The notes: generated by a model not told the origin, from the letters alone. Positions 44,903 to 55,242 are shown, numbered from the stretch's first letter. The stretch is 64,000 nt of DNA from Chloroflexota bacterium (GCA_005883615.1 VBEC01000024.1:1130-65129); one strand, 5' to 3'. Translations and numbers: made by a program.

Positions 44903-45208
44903 TCAGGCGGGTGCCGCAGTCACGGTCGATTCCGCCCGGACCTTATCGAAGCAGGAGCTGCAGTACACCGGTCGGTCGTTGCGAGGCGCAAACGGCACAG
45001 TGGCCTGGCCACCACACATATGGCAGACCGCGGTGTGGAACTCCCTGGGTCCTCCCATCGTGCGGGCGCGCTTCGCGGCAGCACGACACGAAGGACATCG
45101 TTGCGGGTCGTTCAGCAGACCCTTGCTCGCGTAGAAGGCCTGCTCGCCGCCGGAGAAGACGAACTCCTCGCGGCAGTCGCGACAGGTCAGCGTCCGGTCC
45201 TGATACAC
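44903..45208 (-). CDS. Double zinc-ribbon protein (CxxC-x17-CxxC domain family)
   Basis: YQDRTLTCRDC...GEQAFY...PQRCPSC and CHMC...VPFAP...VYCSSC; GTG start with GAGGAG SD. Confidence 0.9.
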   Translation of the reverse strand: MYQDRTLTCRDCREEFVFSGGEQAFYASKGLLNDPQRCPSCRAAAKRARTMGGPREFHTAVCHMCGGQATVPFAPRNDRPVYCSSCFDKVRAESTVTAAPA

Positions 45209-45387
45209 CGGTTCTCCTCGAGAATATCCGAAGGGCACCGAGATGGGCCGGTCCGACCACGGAGTCGGAGCCGATAGACGCGAGGATATGCATGTCGTCA
45301 AGGGGTCGAAAGGGGCGATTTCGCGCGGGTCATCGGTCGACGCTGCGAATATCGAAGCTGGAGCCGCCGGGAGCGGTGAGGGCAGCC

Positions 45388-46740
45388 TCAGGCTAGCTGG
45401 TCGGCGTAGCGCTCCCCGGCATAGCCGACGAAGCGGGTCTGGGTTCGTTTGAACCACAGTTTGATCTCGCCGGTCGGTCCATTGCGATGCTTCGCCAGCT
45501 TGAGATTGATCACCTCTCCGTCCGCATCGGCGTCTTCGCCGCCGCGCTCTTTTGCGCGCCACAGGAAGACCACCAGGTCGCTGTCCTGCTCCAGCGCTCC
45601 GCTCTCCCTCAGATCGGACAGCCGCGGTTCCTTCGATTCGCGCATCTCCGGTTGGCGCGACAGCTGGGAGAGCGCAACGACCGGAACCTTGAGCTCGCGC
45701 GCGAGGGCCTTCAGTCCGCGCGAGATCTCTGACACCTCCTGAACGCGGTTCGCATCGCGGCTCGTGGTACTGGCCTGCATCAGTTGGAGATAGTCGACGA
45801 TGATCAGATCGAGGCTGGTCTCGGCCTGCAGGCGACGGGCCTTCGTTCGCAGCTCCATCGTGGAGATGCTGGGTGTGTCGTCGATGTAGATGGGCGCCTC
45901 GGAGAGGGCATTCATGGCTGGGGCGAGTCGCGTGAAGTCCATCTCTTCGAGGAACCCCGTCCGCAGCCGTTGCGAATCCACGTTGGCGACCGACGACAGG
46001 AGACGCAGGACGAGCTGCTCCTTGCCCATTTCCAGGCTGAAGATTCCAACGCTCTTCTTCTCGCGGACAGCGGCGTGTTCCGCGACATTCAGCGCGAAGC
46101 TCGTCTTGCCGACGGACGGCCTGGCCGCGATGAGGATGAGGTCGGAGTCCTGCAAGCCGGTGGTGAGCGCGTCGAGATCCGCGAAGCCCGTCCGGATACC
46201 GCTCACCTCGCCTCGGTGAGCGTGCAAGTAGTCGAGCCGGTCGTAGGCCGATACGAGCAGTTCGCGTAGCTTCGCGAAGCCCACCTCGACTCGCCGCTGG
46301 CTCACTGAGAACAGCTCGCTCTCCGCGCGGTCGATCGCCTCCTGGATCTCAGCAGGGTCCTCGTAGCCGATCCCGGCGATCTTGCCGGCGGCCGAGATCA
46401 GGTTCCGTAAGACGGCCTTTCGCTCGACGATCCGCGCGTAGGGCACCGCGTGCACGGCCGTTGGCGTCTTGTTGGCCAGCGAGGAGAGGTACGTCCGGCC
46501 GCCGATGGCTTCGAGATCCTCGGTCCGTTCGAGAGTCTCGGCAACAGTCACGATGTCGACGGGTTCGCGGCGCTCGTACAGGTCGAGCATGGCGCGGTAG
46601 ATCGACCCGTTGGCCGCCCGATAGAAGTCATCGGGCTTGAGAATCGGCGCGACCTCGACGATGGCGTCGCGGTCGATGAGGATCGAGCCGAGCACCGATT
46701 CCTCGGCCTCGAGACTCTGGGGCGGCAGACGGTCGATCAC
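45388..46740 (-). CDS. dnaB: Replicative DNA helicase
   Basis: PPQSLEAEESVLG, AARPSVGKT, FSLEM, IVDYLQLM, LSQLSR, LSDLRESGALEQD, LAKHRNGPTG. Confidence 0.98.
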   Translation of the reverse strand: MIDRLPPQSLEAEESVLGSILIDRDAIVEVAPILKPDDFYRAANGSIYRAMLDLYERREPVDIVTVAETLERTEDLEAIGGRTYLSSLANKTPTAVHAVPYARIVERKAVLRNLISAAGKIAGIGYEDPAEIQEAIDRAESELFSVSQRRVEVGFAKLRELLVSAYDRLDYLHAHRGEVSGIRTGFADLDALTTGLQDSDLILIAARPSVGKTSFALNVAEHAAVREKKSVGIFSLEMGKEQLVLRLLSSVANVDSQRLRTGFLEEMDFTRLAPAMNALSEAPIYIDDTPSISTMELRTKARRLQAETSLDLIIVDYLQLMQASTTSRDANRVQEVSEISRGLKALARELKVPVVALSQLSRQPEMRESKEPRLSDLRESGALEQDSDLVVFLWRAKERGGEDADADGEVINLKLAKHRNGPTGEIKLWFKRTQTRFVGYAGERYADQLA

Positions 46741-46902
46741 GGCAGGCGCGGCTCCTGGCGGGCTGGCGCGCTTGATTCAGAACCGCGGAAGCGGCAAGAA
46801 ACAGTCTTGACTTTCGACGGCCGAGCGTTTGTCCACGGCTCGAGGGCGGGGAATTCGTCGATTTGTTGACGCTCGGCCCGATGGTGTGGACTGGGTGTGG
46901 AT

Positions 46903-47553
46903 CTAATCGAGGCGGCGAATGACCCCGATCAGCTTGCCTTGGATCCGTACGTCGTCGAAGTACATCGGCGGATAGGCTGGGTTCGCCGGTTGCAGGCGGA
47001 CTCGATCCTTCTCCTTGAAGAAGCGTTTGAGGGTGACCGCGTTTTCATCGACCTGTGCGACAACAATGTCCCCATTGCGCGCCGTGGATTGGGGGCGGAT
47101 CAAGACGAAGTCGCCGTCCGTGATGTGCGCGTCGATCATCGAATCGCCGCGGACCTTGAGGACGTACGCGTCCCCGCTCGGCGCAAGGAGCTCCGGGATG
47201 GCCATCGTCTCCGAAGCGTCCTGGTAGGCCTCGATCGGACCACCAGCGGCGATCTCCCCGACGATCGGAACCACGTGGGAGTCGCCGACGCTCGACTGCG
47301 GCACCAGCTCACTCGAAAGCCCGAGCCTGAGGGCAGCAGTAGGCGTCAGGCGGATGGCACGCGACTGGGCGGCGCCGCGCTCGAGGTAGTTCTCCCGCTC
47401 GAGGATCTGAAGGTGGTGGTGCACCGCGGAGGTAGACGCAAGGCCTACGGCGCGAGCGATCTCCCGCACGGACGGCGGATAGCCTCGCGCACGCAGCGTG
47501 GCTGCGATGTAATCGAGGATCTTGACCTTGCGCTCGGCGTCGTGCCTGGTCAC
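46903..47553 (-). CDS. lexA: SOS repressor LexA
   Basis: GYPPSVREI wHTH, AAG cleavage site, GDSM Ser, TLKR Lys; SD AAAGGAGG. Confidence 0.98.
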   Translation of the reverse strand: MTRHDAERKVKILDYIAATLRARGYPPSVREIARAVGLASTSAVHHHLQILERENYLERGAAQSRAIRLTPTAALRLGLSSELVPQSSVGDSHVVPIVGEIAAGGPIEAYQDASETMAIPELLAPSGDAYVLKVRGDSMIDAHITDGDFVLIRPQSTARNGDIVVAQVDENAVTLKRFFKEKDRVRLQPANPAYPPMYFDDVRIQGKLIGVIRRLD

Positions 47554-47576
47554 GGGCGCCTCCTTTCAGGCCTCGA

Positions 47577-47604
47577 ATGATACAGAACAGACGTTCTATG
47601 TCAA
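47577..47604 (-). promoter_or_regulatory. lexA promoter with SOS box in the spacer
   Basis: TTGACA-N16-TATCAT (minus); AGAAC-AGAC-GTTCT at 47584-47597. Confidence 0.88.
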
Positions 47605-47750
47605 GTATGAAGTCGCCCGACCCTCGCATCAACTTGCGGTCGGGCCGGCCGGGGCCGCGACGTCACCGGCGCCCGTCCGACCCTCGCTGGTAGACTCGGC
47701 GCTCCGCGCGAGGCTGACGCCATCCCGCGGCTCCAACAGAACGGGAACCG

Positions 47751-48269
47751 ATGGCAGCCAACGACAACGACGATCGCAAGAAGCGACGGGGCTCGGGCGG
47801 TGCCGTCCGGCGCGCCCTCGGGTTCCTCGCCTTCCTGCCGGTCGCCAGCCGTGCGCCGTTGTACACGCGTCTGATGTGGGAGCTGGTCCGGGACGAGCGA
47901 ACGCCTGCCGGGCGCAAGGCTCTTCTGGCGGGTGCCCTAGGTTACCTGCTCCTCGGCCGGGACCTCATCCCCGACGATATTCCCGTCCTGGGCGGCCTCG
48001 ACGACCTCGTGGTTGTGATCGTCGCCGTGGACCTGTTCCTCGACGGCGTTCCGGCCGACGTACTGACCGAAAAGCTGATCGCGTTGGGTATCGACCGAGC
48101 TGCCTTCGAGCAGGACGTCGCCCAGATCAGACGCCTGACGCCCGGACCGATCCGCCGGCTCGTCCGGCGCCTGCCGCATGCCTTCGGCATCGCTGACCGG
48201 GCGGTCAAGGCGACCGGACTGGGGCCTCGCATCCGCTCATTTGTCTCGAAGGAGGATTCGATCGCGTGA
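47751..48269 (+). CDS. DUF1232/YkvA-family membrane protein
   Basis: LGYLLLGRDLIPDDIPVLGGLDDL. Confidence 0.85.
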   Translation: MAANDNDDRKKRRGSGGAVRRALGFLAFLPVASRAPLYTRLMWELVRDERTPAGRKALLAGALGYLLLGRDLIPDDIPVLGGLDDLVVVIVAVDLFLDGVPADVLTEKLIALGIDRAAFEQDVAQIRRLTPGPIRRLVRRLPHAFGIADRAVKATGLGPRIRSFVSKEDSIA

Positions 48270-48712
48270 AGGTGATCCTGACGACGGACGTCGCCGCACT
48301 CGGCAAGAGCGGTGAGCTCAAGAGCGTCGCCGATGGCTACGCCCAGAACTTCCTGATCCCGCGCAAGCTCGCCGTGCCCGCGGCAGGCGGTGCCTATCGT
48401 GCATGGCAGCACGACATCGCCAATCGCGAAGACAAGCGGCAACGAGAGCGCGAGGAGGCCGACATCGTGGCCACCCGCGTTGCGGGCACTACCCTGACGA
48501 TGGGTGTGAAGGTAGGCGAAGGCGGCAAGCTGTACGGCTCGATCACGGCGAAGGACGTCGCAGACGCACTCGGCCGTCGTGGTATCTCGGTCGACCGCCA
48601 CAAGGTCGACCTCGAAGAGCCCCTCAAGTCTCTCGGCACCTACAAGGTCGCGGTGAAGGTCTATCCGGGCCTGACGCCTGAAGTGACCGTCGTCGTCGAG
48701 CCGAAGGGCTAG
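48266..48712 (+). CDS. rplI: 50S ribosomal protein L9
   Basis: MKVIL...GYAQNFLIPRKLAV, GKLYGSIT, KSLG. Confidence 0.97.
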   Translation: MKVILTTDVAALGKSGELKSVADGYAQNFLIPRKLAVPAAGGAYRAWQHDIANREDKRQREREEADIVATRVAGTTLTMGVKVGEGGKLYGSITAKDVADALGRRGISVDRHKVDLEEPLKSLGTYKVAVKVYPGLTPEVTVVVEPKG

Positions 48713-48747
48713 GCTCGGAGGGGCCGCGCCCACCGACAGGTCCGGCC

Positions 48748-50361
48748 TTAGCCTCTGGCCCTCACCTCGTAGAGCGTGACGCCGCACGCGTTCAGTGGTG
48801 TCAGAGCGTACGTCGCCTGAATTCGGGCGAGCGTCGACGACGGCTGGATCACATAGATCGGGCGCCCCTGGCCGAACCGCCGATCCACTTCCCCAGGGAT
48901 CGCGTCGATGCCGTTGAACACCTCCACGTCCGGGCGCTCGCCCGCCACGAACCGCTCATACCACAGCGGTGTGCTGTACGACCACCAGGACATCACCACG
49001 GCGTTGGGCTTGACCTCTTGGAGTGCGGCTTGCGCGTAGCACTCGGCGGAAGGGTTGTCGACCCGTCCGGAGTTCAGGGCCAGCAAGGCGATGGGAACGA
49101 CCGCCAGGGCGGGCGTCACGATCTGCAGCGAGGGCACGGCGGGGATCCGCGACCAGAGCACCAGCTGGGCCCCAAGCGCGGCGAGGGCCACCAGGATCGC
49201 AACCGGGAGGAAGTAGTAGCGCTCAATGTCGGCGTTCTGATAGTTGAGCGCCGCGTACAGGGTCAGACCGGCGCTGGCCAACAACAAGAATGCCGCCCGC
49301 GGGCTGCTCCTCGCGAGCGCGATCAGTCCCACCAGCGCCAGGCCGATGACCGCCATCGCGATTGCCGGATGGGATCCGGCATCCAGGCTGCGGATGAACG
49401 CAGGCAGCGCGCCCAGAGCGTTGCCGGGCCCATCCAGCGACAGGAAGCCCATGCTCCCGCGAAAGTCGCTGCCGAGCACATACCGCCAAAAGAGGTCCCA
49501 GGTTGTCGGTGCAAAGTCGTGGTGAATCGGAGGATTCGACGCCGCTCGCAGGGGGACGTACAGGTAGACGCCCGCGCCCGCCAGGAAAGCGACCGCGAGG
49601 CCGACGATTCGACGGACGGCGAGCACCAACCCCGGCTCGCAGAGGAGCACGTACCCGGCCAGGGCCGGTCCCATGAGCACCATGAGCAGGTGGTTGCCAA
49701 GGGCCAGTCCGAACAGAAATGCCATGGCCAACAGCCACCGGTGGGGCCGCCCGCGGCGGTTCCACTCGAGTGCCAGCAGGATCAGCGCGAGGGCCAGGAG
49801 AACATGCAGGGTGTGGGGGTCGGCGCGACCCGCCGTTCGCCAAAAGGGCTGCAGCAGCCCGAATGTGAGGGCACCAATGGCCGCGACCGCCGGGGTCGCT
49901 CCGATCCAGCGGATCACGAGGTAGAGCGTCGCGACCGCAAGGGCGCTGATGACCGCCGACAGGAGGTCCATTCGATACGCGGCATCGCCGATCGGAACGA
50001 GATTGGTGAACGCCCAGCCCAGCAGCAGGTATGTTGGAAAGCCCGTTGGGTGGGTAAGTCCGAGCGTGGGCGCGGCCGCCTGGAAGATCGCCGTGTCCCA
50101 GAACCCGACGCTTCGAAGCAGATGCGATGCATAGGCGCCGAACGCGAAGACGGCAACGAGGCCGGCCACGGCCGCCTCGATCCGCCACCCCTCGAATGCA
50201 CCCAACTCGAGCGTCCCGAGCGGCTCTTCGGGACGGGCGGCAGTCCGGCGTTCGTGCGGGCCGTGCCGGGCGTCGGTTCCTGCGTCGGCCCCCGTCCCGC
50301 CTTGCCGCGTTGAGCCGCCTTCCGCGGGAAGGGGCGGGGCATCCGCGGTCAGTGGTTCCAC
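48748..50361 (-). CDS. DUF2723/TMEM260-like protein O-mannosyltransferase
   Basis: WDTAIFQ...LGLTHPTGFPTYLLLG, ALGNH, YLYVPLRA, ERYYFLP. Start uncertain; GTG 50361 chosen for overlap with the upstream stop. Confidence 0.8.
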   Translation of the reverse strand: MEPLTADAPPLPAEGGSTRQGGTGADAGTDARHGPHERRTAARPEEPLGTLELGAFEGWRIEAAVAGLVAVFAFGAYASHLLRSVGFWDTAIFQAAAPTLGLTHPTGFPTYLLLGWAFTNLVPIGDAAYRMDLLSAVISALAVATLYLVIRWIGATPAVAAIGALTFGLLQPFWRTAGRADPHTLHVLLALALILLALEWNRRGRPHRWLLAMAFLFGLALGNHLLMVLMGPALAGYVLLCEPGLVLAVRRIVGLAVAFLAGAGVYLYVPLRAASNPPIHHDFAPTTWDLFWRYVLGSDFRGSMGFLSLDGPGNALGALPAFIRSLDAGSHPAIAMAVIGLALVGLIALARSSPRAAFLLLASAGLTLYAALNYQNADIERYYFLPVAILVALAALGAQLVLWSRIPAVPSLQIVTPALAVVPIALLALNSGRVDNPSAECYAQAALQEVKPNAVVMSWWSYSTPLWYERFVAGERPDVEVFNGIDAIPGEVDRRFGQGRPIYVIQPSSTLARIQATYALTPLNACGVTLYEVRARG

Positions 50362-51731
50362 CAGTCGTAATAGGTCGAGCCCATGCCCCACAGGTTCACG
50401 ACGAAGCCGATGGCGATCGCGAGGCCGGATTCGAAGCCGACCCGTCCGGCGAGCCCACGAGCGGTGAGCAGCAACAGGAAGGGATAGATGTCCTGGGCGT
50501 AGCGATAGCCAAACTGGATGCCGCCGGGGTCGGCATGGGTCAGGTTGGGGATCAGGATCAGGGCTATCGACAGCCACGTCCCGAGACCGAACCAATCCAG
50601 GCGACGAGCCCTTATCGCCCACAGGAAGATTGGCGAGGTCAATAGGATGCTGAGCCCGCCAAGTGCGCGCGATTGCACCCATGGAAAGCCGGCGACCTGG
50701 ACGGGTGCGGCCAGGAACATCGCGTAGAGCTGCCGCGGGATGTTGTAGACGCTGAAGAAGCCGTGGCGGTACTGGGCCTCCTGGAGCAACCCCGGGATCA
50801 GGGCGTAGCCGTTCTCCGCGTAGGACCCGAAACGGAGCTGGTTGTAGAGGAGGTACGCGGCCAGCGGGATGCCGATGCCGAGTGCCATCGGCACGGCCAG
50901 CCGAACGAATCGTCTCGGGTCAATCGCCCATCGCTCGGCGCGAACGGTGGCCGGCGTCAGTGTGCCAAAGGCCTCCGACGCCTGGGAGCGTTCCCGGGCT
51001 GACCGGTGAGCAAGATAGGCCAGGAAAAATGGCAGGGCGAGAGCCATTGGCAACCGAGACAGGAAAGCGCCGGCGAACAGCAGGCCGATCAAGGCCGTTG
51101 GCGCGTCCAGCTGGCAGGCGCGAATCGCCAGCAGCATGAAGAACAGGGCGACGACGTGCGCGAAGTGCCACGAGGTCCCGACCTGAGCGGAGAACCACAC
51201 GATCGTCCCGAACCCAAAAACAAGGGATAGGGCGAGCGCAAACCGACGGCGAGCACCCATCCCGGTGGCGATCCAAAAGACCAGAGCGACATTGGCGGCC
51301 CCGAGCGCGATGGATGCCCACTCCTGGTGGAACCCGGGCCCGAAGAGCAGCACCTCGGGCAAGACGACCAGCGCCGGAACGGGTGGATAGACGACGTAGA
51401 AAAGCCCCGTTGCGCTCGGGATGACCTCGTTCAGATACGACGGCGCCGAGGTGAGCCCAAGCCGGCCATGCAGGAAGGCGTCGGCAAGGGGGACGAAGTA
51501 GTTGAGCCCGGCGGTTCTGTGGTGGTTCAACCACGCATACACGAACAGCGCGATTCCGAACAGGAAGATCGGAATCCAGCGGTCCAGTGCGGGGCTGTCC
51601 ATGGCGAGCTCGTCGGCCACGTAGCGGGCGATCGAGCCCTCGGGCATGAAGCGTCGCCAGCGGCTCGGCGGGAGATCCCCGGCCTGCGCGCCGGTCCCGG
51701 CTGTCGGCTCGATCTCGACGCGTTCGGTCAT
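50349..51731 (-). CDS. Putative GT-C membrane glycosyltransferase
   Basis: LADAFLHGRL, YPPVP, WHFAH, LSRLP, YNQLRFGS, FGYRYAQD; multi-TM. Confidence 0.65.
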   Translation of the reverse strand: MTERVEIEPTAGTGAQAGDLPPSRWRRFMPEGSIARYVADELAMDSPALDRWIPIFLFGIALFVYAWLNHHRTAGLNYFVPLADAFLHGRLGLTSAPSYLNEVIPSATGLFYVVYPPVPALVVLPEVLLFGPGFHQEWASIALGAANVALVFWIATGMGARRRFALALSLVFGFGTIVWFSAQVGTSWHFAHVVALFFMLLAIRACQLDAPTALIGLLFAGAFLSRLPMALALPFFLAYLAHRSARERSQASEAFGTLTPATVRAERWAIDPRRFVRLAVPMALGIGIPLAAYLLYNQLRFGSYAENGYALIPGLLQEAQYRHGFFSVYNIPRQLYAMFLAAPVQVAGFPWVQSRALGGLSILLTSPIFLWAIRARRLDWFGLGTWLSIALILIPNLTHADPGGIQFGYRYAQDIYPFLLLLTARGLAGRVGFESGLAIAIGFVVNLWGMGSTYYDWWNH

Positions 51732-53710
51732 TGGCCGCCGTGTTGCAGACCGTTCGCTGCGGCTGGCCTGGCGGCCCTGATCGCCTCCGGGCTGACGGCG
51801 AACACCTGGTAGTGCTGCGTGCTCACGACGGCCGGATAGCGCGCTTCGAAGGCCTTTTCGTTCGCGAGCACGTTCGGGTCCGAGACGTCCTCACTCGAGA
51901 GGACGACGTAGTCGATGGTCTCCTGCAGCAGTCGCATCTCGGTTCCAGCCTTGAACTGGAGCAGGTCCCTGACCTCCGCCTGGCGTTGCTCGTACGGGAT
52001 ACCGCTCACCCAGAGCTGGCCCCAGTAGCCCATGAAGAGGCGGCGGCCCGTGAGCATCATGACCGGGTCGTGGTGCCCGGCGCTCGTGAGGAAGAGCGCG
52101 TGGGCGTCCGTCTTGTCGCGGATCTCGCCGTCCAGGGCGATCTGTTCCGCGCTGAGCACCAGGTAGCGACCCTGTCCCTCCCACTGGGCGACGTTTTCCA
52201 GGATCGGGCCCGCGATCAACGTGGCGACGGCCGCGGCCAGCAGGAACCTGACCGTCGCTGAACGATGTCGCCGCCATGTCCGCACGACAAGTGCCGCCAC
52301 AAGGATCGTCACTGCCAGGAACCAATACACAAGGAGCTTGTTGTTGTCGCGATCCCACGGTTGGAAAACCAGCACGTTGACGATCACGAACAGAGGCATC
52401 AATCCGAGCAGCAGCCTGAAGGAGCGTGGGGGAAGGAGCCGATAGCCAAAGAAGGCCAGGACCAGCAGCGGGGCGAACAGCCCGAGGTTCTTCAACCAGA
52501 ACCACCACCATGGATCCGGTGCGCTCAGCCAGCCGAGCTCGACCCTGAACGCGGACAGGGCACTGGAGCCGCCGCGCAGCTGGAGGGCCAGCTGGGGTAG
52601 TGCAACGAGGACCCAGCTCGCATGGAAGGCGATCCATCCTGGCCACGGAATCGAGGTGATGGCGAACAGTCGCCGGTTGAGCAGGAAGACCAGGAATGGC
52701 GTGACCATCGCAATTGCCAGCAACGTCGGCAGATGCGCGAGCGGCAGGAAGCCGGCGACGACCCCCGCGAGCACGAAGAGGCGGAGTGCCCGGCGGCGAA
52801 CGGCGACGAGGAGGATGCTCAGACTGAGCATGACGAGCGGCAGCCCGTACAAGTAGGCGCGCTGCGACATGATGAAGGCGATATAAGGGTTCAGGAACTG
52901 GATATGAAGGTCGTCCTGAGCCGCCCGGTCGAATGGCGCCTTCGCCAGCGTGCCGAACAGGTCGTGCGATTGGTCGATGTTGGCGACGGTCGCCACCCAC
53001 ACGAGCGAACCTCCGAGCAGGAACAAGACGGTCGCCAGGCCGGCGATGGCCCGGTCGCCCGCTGCCAGGCGGCGAGCGAACGCGTAGAGCGATAGCGCGA
53101 GCAGCACCGACAGCACGAAGCTGTGCAACGAAAGGGCTGCCGGCGGATCCATCCCCAGGACGATCATGGCCCCCGGGGTGAGGTCGGTCAGGAAGTGGTA
53201 GCTCATCGGCAGGCCTGCGTAGAGCGTGTGCTGTGGCGGGAAGTTGTTCCCGTAGGCGAAGCTGCTGGCGATACCGAGGTGGGTCGGCCAGTCGCTCCAG
53301 AGATATTCGTGGCCCGCCCACAACCCGACGCCGTCGACAGTCATGGCGCTCGCCCACAGCGCGAGCCAGCGGATCGTGAAACCGACCATGATCAGAAGGG
53401 CGAGCGGCTCGATCCTCTCGAACAGGCTCCCGAGGATCTGTTCCGGCGACCCCGTGAAGGCCCCCAGCAATCCGCCGTGAAGGAGCAACCAGCCTGCCAG
53501 CACGACGCATCCGGCCGCAAGCGCGAAGAGGACGAGCGGTGACAGCCCGAAGAACGTCCCGAGGGGAAGCATCGCCAGCGTGCCGACGACGATGCCCAGC
53601 ACGGCTCCATGCGCGAACCGCTCGAGGGGCGTGAGGAAGGGCGTCAGGCGCACGAGAACCGCGATCCCAGGCGCGGCCAGCGCTGCCAGGAGAGCCAGCG
53701 ACGCGATCAT
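51728..53710 (-). CDS. Large putative GT-C membrane glycosyltransferase
   Basis: WSDWPTHLG...FPPQH...YHFLTD, SQRAYL, WDRDNNK, C-terminal soluble domain LTGRR...GQLW. Confidence 0.62.
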   Translation of the reverse strand: MIASLALLAALAAPGIAVLVRLTPFLTPLERFAHGAVLGIVVGTLAMLPLGTFFGLSPLVLFALAAGCVVLAGWLLLHGGLLGAFTGSPEQILGSLFERIEPLALLIMVGFTIRWLALWASAMTVDGVGLWAGHEYLWSDWPTHLGIASSFAYGNNFPPQHTLYAGLPMSYHFLTDLTPGAMIVLGMDPPAALSLHSFVLSVLLALSLYAFARRLAAGDRAIAGLATVLFLLGGSLVWVATVANIDQSHDLFGTLAKAPFDRAAQDDLHIQFLNPYIAFIMSQRAYLYGLPLVMLSLSILLVAVRRRALRLFVLAGVVAGFLPLAHLPTLLAIAMVTPFLVFLLNRRLFAITSIPWPGWIAFHASWVLVALPQLALQLRGGSSALSAFRVELGWLSAPDPWWWFWLKNLGLFAPLLVLAFFGYRLLPPRSFRLLLGLMPLFVIVNVLVFQPWDRDNNKLLVYWFLAVTILVAALVVRTWRRHRSATVRFLLAAAVATLIAGPILENVAQWEGQGRYLVLSAEQIALDGEIRDKTDAHALFLTSAGHHDPVMMLTGRRLFMGYWGQLWVSGIPYEQRQAEVRDLLQFKAGTEMRLLQETIDYVVLSSEDVSDPNVLANEKAFEARYPAVVSTQHYQVFAVSPEAIRAARPAAANGLQHGGQ

Positions 53711-53822
53711 GCTCACCTCTGGGGGCTCCATCCACGCAGCCCGAGCGCAAGGATGTCACGCATACGGGCCAGCAGCGCGAAACCAGCGGCCCGAGGGTTC
53801 ACGGCGCGCGATGATACCGCTC

Positions 53823-55136
53823 GTGATGGGCGCCTCGGCGAAGACGATCCTGCATGTCGACCTCGACGCCTTCTTTGCGGCCGTCGAGCAGCGTGACAGG
53901 CCGGAGCTGCGCGGCCGTCCCGTCGTCGTGGGCGGTGGTGGTCCCCACGACCGCGGGGTCGTATCAGCGGCGAGTTACGAGGCGCGACGCTTCGGAGTCC
54001 GTTCGGCGATGCCCTTGCGGACGGCGGCAGCGCTCTGCCCCGACGCTGTATTCCTCCCCGTCGACGGCTCGAAGTACCTGTCCGTCAGTCGTGAGGTCAT
54101 GGCCATCCTGCGCCGCTACACGCCCCAGATCGAGCCCATCTCGATCGACGAGGCGTTCCTCGACGTCACCGGCTCGATCGCGCTCTTCGGCGACGGCGAG
54201 CGAATCGGGCGCGAGATCAAGGCCGCCATCGGCGACGAGCTCGCCCTCACCGCCTCCGTCGGGGTGGCCACCACGAAGCTTGTGGCCAAGATCGCGTCGG
54301 AGCTGCGCAAACCGGACGGCCTGGTCGTCGTCCCACCGGGCGACGAGGCCGCATTCCTGGCGCCGCTGCCGATCTCCAGGTTGTGGGGCGTTGGGGGGCA
54401 AACGGCAGCTGCCCTCAGCGAGTATGGCGTCGCGACCATCGGAGACCTTGCCCGACTGGCGCCCGACCTGCTGGTCCGACGATTCGGAAAGCACGGTGCG
54501 GCACTGGTCGACCGGGCGCGCGGAATCGACGGCGATGCGGTCTCCGGGGAGGCCGCGGCCAAGTCGGTGGGTCACGAGCACACGTTCGACGTCGACACGT
54601 CCGACACGGAAATGATCGAACGAACGCTGCTGGCGATGGCCGAGGGCGTGGCTGGCCGTCTGCGCGCGGCTGGGTTGCGCGCGGCGACGGTGTCGGTCAA
54701 GATCCGCGACTCGCAGTTCCGGACCCTCACCCGCCAGCGGACGCTGAACGAGCCGACCGATATGACCGAGCCGATCTGGCAGGCGGCCCTCGAGCTGGCT
54801 CGGCCGGAAGTGCGGGGCATGCGCGTCCGTCTCCTCGGGGTCACGGCCTCCAACTTCGGCGAGCCGGGGCAGATGGGTCTCTTCGGAGGTGTCGATCTGC
54901 GCCGCCGCCGTGCGGTTGAGGCGGCGGACCGCCTTCGTCGGCGGTACGGCGATCGAGCGGTCATCCGCGCACGTCTCCTGGGAACTGGGCTCCCCGCGCC
55001 GTTCGAGCGCGACCCGACGACGGCTCCCGAGCGCCGGGTTGGACGGCCGGACCCGGAAGCGACGGCAAATCCGCTCGAGCGGCGTGCCACGAAAGGTGGC
55101 ACCAACCAGGTAGACGGTGCGCCCAACGACGCTTGA
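53823..55136 (+). CDS. dinB: DNA polymerase IV
   Basis: HVDLDAFFAAVE, SAASYEARRFG, SIDEAFLD, KIASELRKPDG, LWGVG, KSVGHE. Start 53811-53826 uncertain. Confidence 0.96.
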   Translation: MMGASAKTILHVDLDAFFAAVEQRDRPELRGRPVVVGGGGPHDRGVVSAASYEARRFGVRSAMPLRTAAALCPDAVFLPVDGSKYLSVSREVMAILRRYTPQIEPISIDEAFLDVTGSIALFGDGERIGREIKAAIGDELALTASVGVATTKLVAKIASELRKPDGLVVVPPGDEAAFLAPLPISRLWGVGGQTAAALSEYGVATIGDLARLAPDLLVRRFGKHGAALVDRARGIDGDAVSGEAAAKSVGHEHTFDVDTSDTEMIERTLLAMAEGVAGRLRAAGLRAATVSVKIRDSQFRTLTRQRTLNEPTDMTEPIWQAALELARPEVRGMRVRLLGVTASNFGEPGQMGLFGGVDLRRRRAVEAADRLRRRYGDRAVIRARLLGTGLPAPFERDPTTAPERRVGRPDPEATANPLERRATKGGTNQVDGAPNDA

Positions 55137-55188
55137 CATCGAACGCCTGTTCTGATTAGAGTCAGCGTCGTAACCGAACATGCGTTCT
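55133..55188 (+). promoter_or_regulatory. SOS promoter with two LexA boxes
   Basis: TTGACA (55133)-N18-TAGAGT; CGAAC-GCCT-GTTCT at 55140 and CGAAC-ATGC-GTTCT at 55175. Confidence 0.88.
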
Positions 55189-55242
55189 GTCCGATGTGCC
55201 CGGGCTGATCCCTTGCTTGCCCCCGGGAAAGGAGCCATTCCA

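Noticed and set aside
45388-46740. Intein in DnaB
   Set aside because: 450 aa with contiguous helicase motifs; no insertion.
53732-53822. SOS box upstream of dinB
   Set aside because: No GAAC-N4-GTTC match found by eye.
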